From an uncultured Planctomycetaceae bacterium (GTDB taxonomy: Bacteria > Planctomycetota > Planctomycetia > Planctomycetales > Planctomycetaceae): a DNA stretch of 64,000 nt. A program made the position numbers and the translations under genes. Under the pieces are notes generated by a model, which saw nothing but the letters and a program-made list of their open reading frames with translations, had not been told where the DNA came from and did no database searches. The stretch's first letter is position 1; each line of letters begins with the position of its first letter. Below, in pieces: positions 20,733 through 31,878 of this stretch. The stretch is from the NCBI GenBank assembly GCA_963815195.1, contig CAWFGE010000020.1:256001-320000 (forward strand), in the 5' to 3' direction.

Positions 20733-21668
20733 ATGACACAAGATCCACCCCTCGATTGTCACCCGGCGTCTGAAGCCGAGCGGATTCAGGCCTTTCAGAA
20801 TGTGTTCGACGTGTGGCGGCATGCGGAGACCCTGGACGAGCATTTGGCCCGGCGGCTGGCGTCGCCGCAGCATCAGTATGCGAACTGGTTCGTCGGATGT
20901 TTGGGAGAACGCGTGGTGGCGGCTTTGGGCTCTTATCCGCTGAGCTTTCATATGGGCGGGGAACGGATGGAAGGCTTCGCGATCGGGTCCGTGCACACCG
21001 TGCCCGACTGCCGAGGCCGAGGCTACGCCCCGCGCCTTTTGGAGTGGGTGGAAGACGATCAAAGGAAACAGTCCCGCATGCTGGGCGTGTTGTTCTCGGA
21101 CATTCCGATCGACTACTACGCCCGGCTCGGCTATGTCACGTGCCCGGCCTGTGAAGGCTGGTTGGACTTGGAGACCTTAAACTCGATTCCGCACTCGAGC
21201 CTCAAACTCGTCGACTTCGATCCACGGTCGGAGTTTTCCAGCCTAGCAGAAACATATACCCGTTGGCACGCCGATTTGCCCTTGGCGATTGCGCGAGATG
21301 CGGACTACTGGAACTATCTTCTCCGGAAAGGAACGGGCAATGTGTACTCTTGGGTAATGGATCAAGACAACAAGCCTCAAGGCTATGTGTGCTTGAAGCC
21401 TGCCGGCGAGTCGCTCCACATCGAAGATTTCGCCGTCCCGGAACATCTGGAAACCGCAATGACTTCCGCGATTTTTAAAGAAGCCCAAGCTCGCGGCTTT
21501 CGGAGAGTAGGTGGCTGGCTGCCCGATGCGCCGGCCTTTGCGAAGGTCTTTCCGCTCACGCCGAGACAGACAGAGCAGACGATGCTGAAACTGCTCGACC
21601 GCCAGCGAAAACTCGATCCCGAAATGCGGCAAGCGGCGGGCCGCATTCACGAGATCGATCATGTTTAA
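20733..21668 (+). CDS. GNAT family N-acetyltransferase
   Basis: Acetyl-CoA motif VHTVPDCRGRGYA, plus LFSDI..YYARLGY. Confidence 0.88.
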   Translation: MTQDPPLDCHPASEAERIQAFQNVFDVWRHAETLDEHLARRLASPQHQYANWFVGCLGERVVAALGSYPLSFHMGGERMEGFAIGSVHTVPDCRGRGYAPRLLEWVEDDQRKQSRMLGVLFSDIPIDYYARLGYVTCPACEGWLDLETLNSIPHSSLKLVDFDPRSEFSSLAETYTRWHADLPLAIARDADYWNYLLRKGTGNVYSWVMDQDNKPQGYVCLKPAGESLHIEDFAVPEHLETAMTSAIFKEAQARGFRRVGGWLPDAPAFAKVFPLTPRQTEQTMLKLLDRQRKLDPEMRQAAGRIHEIDHV

Positions 21669-21799
21669 CCGCCAGGCGCGCCCAAGGGCCTTGATGAAAT
21701 CGTGCCAAAAAATCAGCCGCAGGGCGCTCGCCCCGGTTTTTGTGCTTCTCTGGTTTCCGTCGAACCGGACGCTCGCGTGTGCCGGCCGATCAGTTCAAG

Positions 21800-22297
21800 T
21801 TATCGCAAAGTCCACAGGCCGGTTTTTTCGTTGAAATTGAAGTTCTTGCCGGACTTGCGGTCGTTATACAGGGATTGGTACAGCGGGCTTTTGAAGTTCT
21901 TGGACTTGGTTTTATAACCGCTCTCGAGAATGCGGTCCGCGAGATCGTTCAACGTCAGCCCCCGCGGTTCGTTCTTCAGAATATCGATGGCGTATTGCTT
22001 CGCCGATTTCACGTTTTTCGCGCGGGTGCCTTTCTTCTTTTTCGACACTTTTTTCTTCTTCCGACCGGCACTGGCGGCGGGCATTCCTCCGCGGGCGGTT
22101 TTCTTGGCGACGGATTTTTTCTTGCGGCGGCCGCCTTCGGCTTCCCGAATCTGCTGGTCCAGATCGTTCAGTTGCCTTTGAAGCTCCGCCCGCTGGGATC
22201 TTAATTCGCTGAGTTCAGAGGATTTTTCATCCATTAACTCTTTGAGTTGGGCCAGCGAAAGGTCGCTCGGTTTCGGGACGCGTTTTTTCTTCGCCAT
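21800..22297 (-). CDS. Small basic putative DNA-binding protein (coiled coil, Lys-rich linker, winged-helix-like C-terminus)
   Basis: Heptad region, RKKKK tracts, and C-terminal 'AIDILKNEPRGLTLNDLADRILESGYKT...GLWTLR'. Confidence 0.75.
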   Translation of the reverse strand: MAKKKRVPKPSDLSLAQLKELMDEKSSELSELRSQRAELQRQLNDLDQQIREAEGGRRKKKSVAKKTARGGMPAASAGRKKKKVSKKKKGTRAKNVKSAKQYAIDILKNEPRGLTLNDLADRILESGYKTKSKNFKSPLYQSLYNDRKSGKNFNFNEKTGLWTLR

Positions 22298-22715
22298 GGT
22301 CGCCTTCTTCTCGTTGTGAGTGGTCGAGGGGAGAAACTGTCCACACGCTTCCTAGCTGGGACATCACAAAACGTCACGCTGACGTTCAATACTAAGGCCT
22401 TAGCTACTCATCCTCGAAATTGTAAAGATTACAATAGTAGGTCTCTTAAATCCTATCAAGTGCCAGCGTGAACTCATCTTGTAAAAAATATATAAGTGAG
22501 ATAGTCTCTCGCCGCTTATCTAGTTGGAGAAAACCTATTCCTTGGCGGATGCCTTCTGTGGTCTTGCCCCATCACGACAACACAACACCGGCCGGCGTTC
22601 GTCGCACGCGTGTTTAAGAGATCCCGCGCGGCTTCCGCCGACCTCTCTCTTTTCGTTGAGATTTCTCTGGAAAGGGAACCTGCCGTCCACAGTTTGAACG
22701 TCTGATACAACCCCT

Positions 22716-23903
22716 ATGCTGCGACGTCGGCTAGCCTGCGTGAAACACCTGATCCTCGCCCTGTTCGCCGTGGCCTTGCTATTGGGAGCGGTGGAGATTG
22801 GATTGCGGGTCCATCATTCGCTTCAGGTGCAATCGTCCGGCGCGGCGAACGACCTCGCGAATCTCGCCTTGCCTTCCTGGAAATGTCATCACGCGCTTAA
22901 GCCTTTGAAAGCGGCCGTGCGGAGAAACCCCGACACCCATCTCCCCGTGGAAGTCCGCACGAACAGCCTGGGGTTGCGTGGTCCGGAGGTTTCCCTGCCG
23001 AAGCCCGGGAATGTGTATCGGATTTTGTATTTGGGAGACGATGCCGTCTTTGCGTCCGAGCTGCCGGAAGAGGAATGTTTCGCCAAGCTCATCGAACAGG
23101 CATTGCCGAGCGCGGAAGGCCGGCGGTACGAAGTTATCAACGCGGGCATTCCCGGCTACTGTCCCCTGCTCTCCTTCCTGCAGTTCAAACATTCGCTCGC
23201 GAGCTTAGAACCGGACTTGCTTATTTTGAACCTCGACATGTCCGACGTGGCGGACGATCATCAATACCGCCGGCATGCGCGGTTGGCGGAGGATGATCTG
23301 CCCTTGATCTGTTCGCATCCTGTGTTTCAAACGCCGCTGTCTACCTCCCGCCCGATGCCCGCGCAGCAGTTGATGTTGTACCAAGTCCTCAAGCGCCGGC
23401 TTGGCGGGTTGCCCGCGGATGAGAACCTCACACCGGACCGCGATGAAATTGATACGCTGGAGGGACGGTATGCCTGGACGCGCGAAGACCGGGCGGACTG
23501 GCGGGTTTATATTTCGCAAGCGTTCTCGCCGATCGGACACCTCAAGCAGTTGGCGGGCGGTTTTTCGTGTCCGCTGGTGGTGACGATTTGCCCAGCGCCC
23601 TGGCAAGTGTCAGCGCGGGCCATGCCCGATCCAAAAGCCCGAAAGACCTGGGGCATCTCCGCAGGCCAGGTTTATGATCCCGGATTGGCCACGCGGTGGA
23701 TTCGCGACGAACTCCAAAGGCAGCGCATTGCGTTTTGCGATGTGACGCCGGCCTTTCAATCGGACAAGGAACCCGAGACGTTGTTTCTGGAAACGGCCCC
23801 GCGATTGTCCCGCCGGGGGCATCAGATCTTTGCCGAGGCCGTGTTAAACTTTCTAAAGCGAATCGTACCACCTCCCCGTCCGCTTTCGGGAAGTTTTCCG
23901 TAG
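22716..23903 (+). CDS. SGNH/GDSL-like hydrolase with N-terminal membrane anchor
   Basis: TNSLGLRG, RILYLGDD and EVINAGIPGY. The catalytic residues look degenerate. Confidence 0.75.
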   Translation: MLRRRLACVKHLILALFAVALLLGAVEIGLRVHHSLQVQSSGAANDLANLALPSWKCHHALKPLKAAVRRNPDTHLPVEVRTNSLGLRGPEVSLPKPGNVYRILYLGDDAVFASELPEEECFAKLIEQALPSAEGRRYEVINAGIPGYCPLLSFLQFKHSLASLEPDLLILNLDMSDVADDHQYRRHARLAEDDLPLICSHPVFQTPLSTSRPMPAQQLMLYQVLKRRLGGLPADENLTPDRDEIDTLEGRYAWTREDRADWRVYISQAFSPIGHLKQLAGGFSCPLVVTICPAPWQVSARAMPDPKARKTWGISAGQVYDPGLATRWIRDELQRQRIAFCDVTPAFQSDKEPETLFLETAPRLSRRGHQIFAEAVLNFLKRIVPPPRPLSGSFP

Positions 23904-24023
23904 CGGCGGCGAGCGTGCGGCGTAAGCTGCATGATTTCGCCGACTTCGGAAAGCCGCCGCCACTGCTTCGCAAAACATCAGCCTCTGCGTGTGCGGCTCT
24001 TGGTGTATTTTTTTGGGGCCGTA

Positions 24024-25385
24024 TTATGCGAATTCCTTCAAGGCCTGGATGATCGCATCCAGATCGTTGTCCACAAGGTGGGGCTGGTTGGCGTGGGGCG
24101 GACGGGGCGTGTCTTGGCCGGCGTGGTAGTTTATGGTCGCGTTGGGGTCTTTGAGTTGGTGCCCGGTGAGAATGCAGACCACGCGGTCGCTGGGGGCGAT
24201 CACGCCTTGCTCGCGGAGCCGCTTCGCGCCGGCCACGCTCGCGCCGCTCGCCGGCTCGCAACCAAAGCCCCCGGCTCCGACCTGGGCTTTGCCATCGAGG
24301 ATCTCCTCATCGCTGACTTCCCGCACCACGCCGTCGCAAATCTCCAAAGCCCTGAGGCATTTTTTGAGGCTCACCGGCCGATTGATTTCGATGGCGCTCG
24401 CGAGCGTCGACGCCCGCCGGTTCTCCGCGTTCATTTGCTGGAAGAACGCCTCGATCTTGGCTTCATCGACCTGGCCGTTGTTCCAGCGAAGGCCCTGCTC
24501 TTCGTAAAGCCGGTAGAGCGTGTTCGCGCCCTGGGCGTTGATGACGGCGAGGCGGGGGATGCGGTCGATCAAGCCCAGATGTTTCAGCTCGGCGAAGGCT
24601 TTGCCGAAGGCGCTCGAGTTCCCCAGGTTGCCGCCGGGGACGACGATCCAATCCGGGACTTCCCAGTCCAGGCCTTCCAGGACGCGGTACATGATCGCTT
24701 TTTGGCCTTCGAGCCGGAACGGGTTGACGCTGTTACAGAGGTAGATGTTTTCCGCGGCGCAGACTTCGCGGACGCGGGCCAGGGCATCGTCGAAGTCGCC
24801 CCGAATTTGCAGCGTCAATGCTCCATAATCCAAGGCTTGTGAAAGTTTGCCGTAGGCGATTTTGCCGCTGCCCACGAAGACCACGGCCCGGAACAGCCCG
24901 GTCGTGCTGGCGAAGATGGCGAGCGAGGCGCTGGTGTTGCCGGTGGAAGCGCAGGCGGCGAGTTTTGCGCCGACCATGCGGGCATGTGTCGCGGCCGCGG
25001 TCATCCCGTTGTCTTTGAAACTTCCCGAAGGATTAAAGCCCTCGTACTGCAAAAACAGATTTCCCGCATTGACGCCCACGTACGTCGCGACGCGATCGGA
25101 AGATCGGAGCAGGGTTTGGCCTTCGCCGATGGTCACAACCATCTGCGGAGGCGCAAAGGGCAAGAGTTCCCGGAACCGCCACACGCCGCTTTGATCCAGC
25201 GGATGCTCGATCCGGCTGCGCCGGGCGGTGAACTCGGAAAGCGATTGGGGAACGGGCACGCGGTCCCAATCGTATTCCACGTCCATCAGGCCCCCATCGT
25301 CGGGGCAGGTGACGTGGACTTCATCGACGCCGTACGTCGTCGTGACCTGGGGCGAAATGGAGGTTTGGTAGGCAAGGTCGCTCAT
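24024..25385 (-). CDS. thrC: Threonine synthase
   Basis: NPSGSFKD (PLP lysine), [27 protein letters not shown] and CEPAS. Confidence 0.93.
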   Translation of the reverse strand: MSDLAYQTSISPQVTTTYGVDEVHVTCPDDGGLMDVEYDWDRVPVPQSLSEFTARRSRIEHPLDQSGVWRFRELLPFAPPQMVVTIGEGQTLLRSSDRVATYVGVNAGNLFLQYEGFNPSGSFKDNGMTAAATHARMVGAKLAACASTGNTSASLAIFASTTGLFRAVVFVGSGKIAYGKLSQALDYGALTLQIRGDFDDALARVREVCAAENIYLCNSVNPFRLEGQKAIMYRVLEGLDWEVPDWIVVPGGNLGNSSAFGKAFAELKHLGLIDRIPRLAVINAQGANTLYRLYEEQGLRWNNGQVDEAKIEAFFQQMNAENRRASTLASAIEINRPVSLKKCLRALEICDGVVREVSDEEILDGKAQVGAGGFGCEPASGASVAGAKRLREQGVIAPSDRVVCILTGHQLKDPNATINYHAGQDTPRPPHANQPHLVDNDLDAIIQALKEFA

Positions 25386-25732
25386 TGAGGATTCGGCTGA
25401 AACGAGAAAATGGCGGGCGGAAGGTCTTAAGGCAATCCCGTGGCGATTGTCTCCGCCGGGGGCGGGCGTTGCAACCAACATTTCCCCTCAGGTCGTTTTA
25501 GAAAAAATCTGACAAGATTCTCGCAAAAACTCATTTTCACAAGTTGAAGGCAATTGGCCTGTTGCGAAGGCCCGGGGAAGCGATTTTCTGTATGCTTGTG
25601 CAATATCAAGAGGCAGGATCGCCTTCTGAGAGTCTTGTGTCTGAGTTTTGGGTTGTTAAACTGAGACGCCACAACATTGGACTGTGACAGGATGTTTCAC
25701 CCCCTCTTGGAAAGACACGGAGGTGAAGAGCG

Positions 25733-28700
25733 ATGCCCCTTGCTGATGAATGCTCGAAAACCCGCGAGGAGTTGGTCGAGGAACTTCATCAATTACGGAG
25801 AGAAGTTTCCCTCCTCAAATCGGCCCAATCCGTCTCGGTGGGTTTTGAGGGTCCCATTCCGGAATGGCCCGACCGCCTTGTGGACAAAATGGACCAATGC
25901 GTGGTGCTGCTCAGCGCGGAAGGATCGGTCCTCGAAGTCAATCAAACGGCGCTGTTGGGGTGCGGGATGGATCGCCGGGCCATCCTCGGCCGGCCGCTGT
26001 GGAGCCTCAAATGCTGGCAAGTCTCGCGGGAAGTCAACTGCCAGTTGCGGCGGGCGATTCGTCAGGCTGCGGCCGGCGAAGTCACCCGTTATGAAACTGA
26101 GGTTTACGGGGCCGCGGGCGGACAGGAGATCATCACGATCGATTTGACGCTCAAGCCGCTCCGCGACGAATCCGGGGCTGTGGTGTCCGTTTTGGTGGAA
26201 GGCCGGGACATCACCGAGCGGAAAAACGCCGAGCGCGAAGTCGAGCGGAAGACGGAAGAGCGCCGGATTTTGTACGAGCAGCTCAAGGAGTTCGACCAGC
26301 TCAAGACCCAGTTCTTCGCCAACGTCAGCCACGAATTGCGGACGCCGTTGACGTTGATTTTGGGGCCGGTCCGCAAGCAGTTGGAGTGCCCGAAGATCCC
26401 GCCCGAGCATCGCCGGGCGCTGCGGGTCATTGAACGCAATGCCGGGCTGCTGTTGCAGCGGGTCAACAATTTGCTGGACCTGTCCAAGCTCGAAGCCAAT
26501 GAAATGCAGGCGCAGTATTCGCGCGTGGATCTCGCTAAGTTGGGGCGGCTGGTGGCGTCGCATTTCGAGGTGCTGGCGGAGGAGCGCGACCTGAACTTCG
26601 CCGTGGAAACGCCCGAAAAAATGCCGGCGGAGGTGGACCCGGAGAAACTCCAGCGGGTGCTGCTCAATCTCTTGTCCAACGCGTTCAAATTCACGCCGGA
26701 CGGCGGCACGGTCGCATTCACGCTCAATGCGCAGGGGGACCGGGCGGCGTTTTGCGTGCACGACTCGGGCACGGGCATCGTCCCGCAGAAGCGCGACTCG
26801 ATCTTCGAGCGGTTCCGCCAGGGGGATTTCGACCGCGAGCGCCCCTTGAGCGGGACGGGACTGGGTCTCTCCATCGTCAAAGAGTTCGTGCTCTTGCACC
26901 AGGGCGAGGTGTCCGTGGGGGAATCGCCGGCGGGCGGGGCGGCGTTCACCGTGGAATTGCCGATCCGCGCTCCGAAGGGCACGCCACTGGTCTCGATGCG
27001 CCCGCCCGACGAGACCTGCCATTGGGGCCAGCAGACGGTCGAGGAACTCCGGTCGTACAAAAGGCCCCGCCCGGCGGAACGAATCGCGCACCGCCCAAAC
27101 ACGCCGCTGATCCTCGTCGTGGAAGACAACCCCGACATGAACGCCTTTCTGGTCGAGACCATCAGCACGGAATACCGCGTGGTGACGGCTTACGACGGCC
27201 ACGAAGGCTACCAAAAGGCGCTCGAACTCCGACCCGATCTGATCCTGACCGACATGATGATGCCTCACATGAGCGGCGAAGAACTCGTGCGCCGGCTGCG
27301 CAAAACCCCGCCGCTCGAAGACATCCCCATCATGCTTTTGACCGCCAAGGCGGACAATCGCCTGCATGTGAAGCTGCTCAACGAAGGCGCGATGGCCTTT
27401 TTCAACAAACCGTTCTCGGCCGGGGAACTCTTGGCCCGGGTCCGGCGGCTGATCACCGAACGCCGCCGCAGCCAGGCATCGCTCAGGAAAGCCTACACGC
27501 TGCTGCATTCCGTAACCGAGGGGATTACCGATGCGGTGTTCGTCAAAGATCGCAAAGGGCGGTATTTGATGATCAATTCCGCCGGGCGCGGGCGGTGGGC
27601 CGGTCGCCGGAATGCATGCTCGGCAAAGACGACCGCGAGTTCTTCGCCCCGGAAACCGCGCAGCGGATCATGGAAGAAGACCGGCAGGTGATGGAGTCGG
27701 GGCAGGCCCGGACCTACGAGCAAGCGGCCGCGGTGCTGGGCGTCACCCGCTACTATCTCGCCACCCGCGTGCCTTACCGCGATGATGACGGCCGGATTCT
27801 GGGCGTGATGGGCATTTCCCGCGATGTGACCGCCCAAAAGAAATCCGAGCAGGAACTTCGCGAGGCCAAGGAAGCCGCCGAAGCCGCCAACAAAGCCAAG
27901 GACCGCTTCCTGGCGATCTTGAGCCACGAACTGCGCACGCCGCTGACCCCCGTGCTCGCCACGGTGAATTACATGGAGAACTGCCCGAACCTGCCGGCGG
28001 AGTTTCGCAACGAGATCACCATGATCCGCCGCAACGTCGAGATGGAAGCCCGGCTGATCGACGACCTTCTCGATCTGACCCGCATCAGCCGGGGCAAGAT
28101 CGAACTCCATTTCGAGGCATTGGACGCCCATGCTTCCCTCCGCCGGGCCTTGGAGATTTGCCAAGGCGACATCGAGAGCAAGCAGATCAGCATTTCCCAA
28201 AGCCTCTGGGCCGAGGAGCATCACATCTGGGCCGATCCCGCGCGGATTCAGCAGGTGTTTTGGAACCTGATCAACAACGCGGTGAAGTTCACGCCCAAAG
28301 GCGGACGGATTTCGCTTAGGACCTGGAACGAAACCGTCACCACCGACAAAGGCAAATCGGTCGTCCGCTTGAACGTGGAGATCGCCGACACGGGCGTGGG
28401 CATCGCCCCGGAAGTTCTGCCCCGCATCTTCAGCGCCTTCGAGCAGGGCGAGCGGACCGTGACCCGCGAGTTCGGCGGACTGGGGCTGGGGCTCGCCATT
28501 TCGCGGGCGCTCGTCAAAATGCACAAAGCCTCCTTAACTGCCAATAGCGACGGTGAAGGCAAAGGCTCGACGTTTACGCTAGGCTTTTCCACCATCGAAT
28601 CGAAGCAGGCCCTCGAATCCTCCACGCCCCGACCGGTCAACCGCAAGTCGCAAAGCCAGCAGCGGATCCTTCTGGTGGAAGACCACGAAGACACCCTCCG

Positions 28701-29010
28701 CATGATGCAGCAGTTGTTGACGATGTTCGGCTATACCGTGCAAACGGCCAGTTCCGTCAAAGTCGCCCGCGACCTGGCGGAGAATTCCCAATTCGACCTC
28801 GTGATCAGCGACATCGGCCTGCCCGACGGCACCGGACTCGATGTGATCCGGCACCTGCGTGCCCGCCAGAACATCAAAGGCATCGCCCTCAGCGGGTTCG
28901 GCATGGAAGAGGACCTCCGCCGCAGCCGCGAAGCCGGCTTCTCCCGCCACCTCACTAAGCCCATCAATCTGCAAACCCTTCAGCAAACCATCGACGAAGT
29001 GCTGTCATAA
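25733..29010 (+). CDS. Double hybrid histidine kinase PAS-HK-REC-PAS-HK-REC; frameshift near 27586
   Basis: Two H-boxes (ANVSHELRTPL, AILSHELRTPL), two HATPase domains and two REC domains. The second PAS domain is split across frames at a G run. Confidence 0.88.
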
Positions 29011-29055
29011 ACCCGCCCGATGGGTTCTGTTCAGAAAGTCGCCGATCGCTCCACG

Positions 29056-29162
29056 TGAGGTGGACCCCATTCTTTGGACAGCGAACGGGGTTGTTGAGTG
29101 GTATGAGTCAGCGGCAGACGAGGCCCTTCATAGGCCTCGTCGTCTTTACGTTGAAGACGGAG
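29056..29162 (-). mobile_element. IS3-family right-end remnant
   Basis: Terminal sequence TGAGGTGGACCCCATTCTTTGGACA. The minus frame reads ...LSKEWGPPH into the IR, as recalled for some IS3-family C-termini. Confidence 0.55.
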
Positions 29163-29247
29163 CGCCGGGTGCCACTGGCAACTTGTTGCCAGTGCGGGGT
29201 GCTGGGATCAAAGACACGGGCAGGCAAGCTGCCCGTGGCACCCGGCG
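29163..29247. repeat. REP doublet (REPIN-like), family D (GGGTGCCACTGGCAAC..TTGCCAGTG)
   Basis: Perfect outer IR cgccgggtgccac/gtggcacccggcg. Each arm has its own hairpin. Confidence 0.85.
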
Positions 29248-30202
29248 TGTGAAGTTGGGGTTTGCCGAGCCGAAGCGGCAGCATACGAAAAGCTTCGAGC
29301 GGTACGTGATGGAGCTGCTTCAGTTCATGACACCCTCGGATGTCTCAACACATTTGGGCATCACCTGGGACCTGGCGAACGACATTCAGAAGCGGCGGTT
29401 GGGCAAGCGATTCGCCCGGCCGAAACTCAAAAAACTCAAAGAGATCGCGATCGATGAAATCTATCTGGGCAAACGCCACAAATACATCACGCTGGTTCTC
29501 GATCTCAAGTCGGGGGCAGTGGTGTTTGTGGGCAAAGGCAAAGGCGCAGAGGCTCTCAAACCCTTCTGGCGTAGGCTCAAATCATCCAAGGCCAAGATCG
29601 AAGCCGTGGCCACCGACATGTCACCGGCCTACATTTCCGCCGTGCTCGAAAACCTCCCCAAGGCCCGCTTGGTGTTCGACCGATTCCACGTGGTGAAGTT
29701 ATTCAACGAAAAGTTGACCGAACTCCGGCGGCAATTGTATCGCGAGGCGGTCGACGGTTTAGCAAAGAGCGTGCTCAAGGGGATCCGCTGGCTGCTGTTG
29801 AGGAATCCCGAGAACCTCGATGAAAAGAAAAACGAACGCCAGCGGCTGGACGAGGCGCTCAAGCTCAACCGCTCGCTGGCGATCGCCTATTACTTGAAGG
29901 ACGAGTTGCGGCTGTTCTGGGAGCAGCCGAGCTATCACGCCGCCAACCGCTTCCTCGCGGACTGGTGCCGCCGGGCCGAGGCGAGCGGGATCCGCTTGCT
30001 GATCAAGTTCGCCAATACGCTCCGCGGCCACCGCCGGGGTCTGTTAGCTTGGCACAGCCACCCGATCTCGACCGGCCCTCTGGAGGGAACGAACAACAAG
30101 ATCAAACTCATGCAACGCCGCGCCTACGGCTATCGCGACCTGGAACTACTCAAACTACGAATCCTCTCACTGCACACAACTCAATGGGAACTAGTCGGAT
30201 AG
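29243..30202 (+). pseudogene. ISL3-family transposase, 5'-truncated
   Basis: IAIDEI, AVATDMSPAY, FDRFHVVK and STGPLEGTNNKIK. The N-terminal zinc-finger part and left end are missing; similarity starts at the REP edge. Confidence 0.88.
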
Positions 30203-30485
30203 GTTCACCTAGACCCTCCCCCCTATTATCCTGAAGAACCCGGATTGGTCTGCCAATGGTTTATCATCATTGTGGCACCGAAACTCGATGGTCCGCACAG
30301 CGGACCCTATTCTCTATGTCGCCAAAAACACACAAGATGTTGTGGGCAACTCGGGTCATCTCATACAAGATATGGCGCATAACATAACATAGTGCTGTCG
30401 TATTATTAGTTGGTCGTAATCAAATCGAGCGGCATTTCCAACAATCAATTCAAACACAATGATTCGCACCCACACTCTACGTTGA

Positions 30486-30968
30486 TTAGGTATCGGAATG
30501 TGGAAGCAACTGGACCTCGTGTTGTGTTCCATCAGGTAGGGTATCGATTATGATGTGTGATGTAATGGTCAATTGGTTTGGTTGATCGATCATCCGCATC
30601 ACTTCGAGCCTGTTTGGATCAGCTTGAATCTCGGAGCAGATGATAAGTTCTCGGTACGGCTCAGGCCCTTCATCGACCCGCTCGATGAGCCGACACCGCC
30701 CTCCACTCCAGAAGGTTTCGAGAATTATTCGTCGCATCACAGGCTCCGTTGTAGTCAGGACAATTCTTGTTGCCGCAAGGCTTGTTAGAGGAACACCAAG
30801 ATAATCACAAGCGTGGTTATGCCGTGGGACACTGTCGAGGTCCGGCACCTCATTGGGTTCAAGATCGAAGTACTCTGTTGGTTGAATATTCTGAACAACC
30901 CAGTCTCTTGCATTCGACAGGCGATACTGCAAGACTACGGTCAGATCTCCGGTCACAATTACCTCCAT
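30486..30968 (-). CDS. Hypothetical protein, candidate immunity protein
   Basis: 160-aa acidic ORF starting 18 bp after the toxin-tail stop codon, same strand, in AT-richer DNA. Confidence 0.6.
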   Translation of the reverse strand: MEVIVTGDLTVVLQYRLSNARDWVVQNIQPTEYFDLEPNEVPDLDSVPRHNHACDYLGVPLTSLAATRIVLTTTEPVMRRIILETFWSGGRCRLIERVDEGPEPYRELIICSEIQADPNRLEVMRMIDQPNQLTITSHIIIDTLPDGTQHEVQLLPHSDT

Positions 30969-30986
30969 TTCATGTTTGGTCTGCTT

Positions 30987-31714
30987 CTAGTTGCCGCTGC
31001 CGCCTCCAAGATCTCTACCTTCAAATGCCTTTTTGATCTGTTTCAGCGTCCTATCCGTAATTTTCCCCTCTTCTACCATCTGTTCTAGTTCACGTGGCGT
31101 CTTTTTCAACAAATCATCAATACTGACACCCTTTGGGATGTTAGGGCTGGTTCGGAGGTCTTTAAGTTGCCCCTTCCCAGCTAGTTGTTGCCCGACAGGG
31201 ACATCGGGTTCCGGTGCCCATGTTGGTGATTTAGCTTTTGGAGTCGCAGTTCGAGATTGCCCTCCGAGTTGCTGCTTCAACTGCCTCTGCTCTTGACGTA
31301 GCTTCTGCTTTGTTTTCGCGGAAAGTTTCTTCCCGGTCTCATCTACTCCATCATCGAGCATCTTCTTGATCTGATCGAGGCGTTGCTGTATTGCTGTGTT
31401 TGGGGCGTTACCGAGTCCTTGTGTTTGGCCACCGCCTTCGTCTTCGAACCGTTGGATTTCCTCTGGTGTTGGCTCCTTTCGTGCGTCAAAATCAGCAGGA
31501 TTGCAATCCGGGCTGGTATTATGTACCAACACCGCATTCTTGCCTACAAGATACGTATGGAAGTCTGCAATATGCAAGTTATAAACGGCGAGAGTTCCTA
31601 TGCGATGGGACAACTTCTCAACCGCAACCGGGCCCAGTTCGCGGCTGAGGAGTTGGTCGCCCACCTGCAAATAGCGGGCTTCGACCCATCGGCCGGGAAA
31701 CGCCGCAAACTCGG
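30987..31714 (-). pseudogene. Polymorphic toxin 3' fragment: C-half of a pretoxin Hint domain plus an unknown C-terminal domain
   Basis: GRWVEARYLQVGD...VYNLHIADFHTYLVGKNAVLVHN/T (Hint C-terminal HN), then about 175 aa of basic tail. No N-terminal half is present. Confidence 0.85.
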
Positions 31715-31878
31715 CGGGGTGGCATGCTCATGGCTTTGCATGAGCATGTCTTCGGGACGCTTGATGAAGCTGGAGACATTGCATTTTGCCCTGGTTCCGT
31801 TAATCATGTCGTCGGATTTTCAGAATCCACGTTTCCTCAAATCGCATGCTCATGCAAAGCCATGAGCATGCCACCCCG
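31715..31878. repeat. REP doublet (REPIN-like), family C
   Basis: Perfect 34-bp inverted repeat, 31715-31748 versus 31845-31878, with a 96-bp spacer. Confidence 0.92.

Noticed and set aside
28859..29242. N-terminal extension of the 447-aa ISL3 ORF
   Set aside because: It is fortuitous read-through of the kinase end, the IS3 remnant and the REP doublet, not transposase sequence.
30202..30240. GGTTC...GAACC segment as the ISL3 right IR or a mini-element
   Set aside because: The match is too short, and no corresponding left end or target duplication was found.
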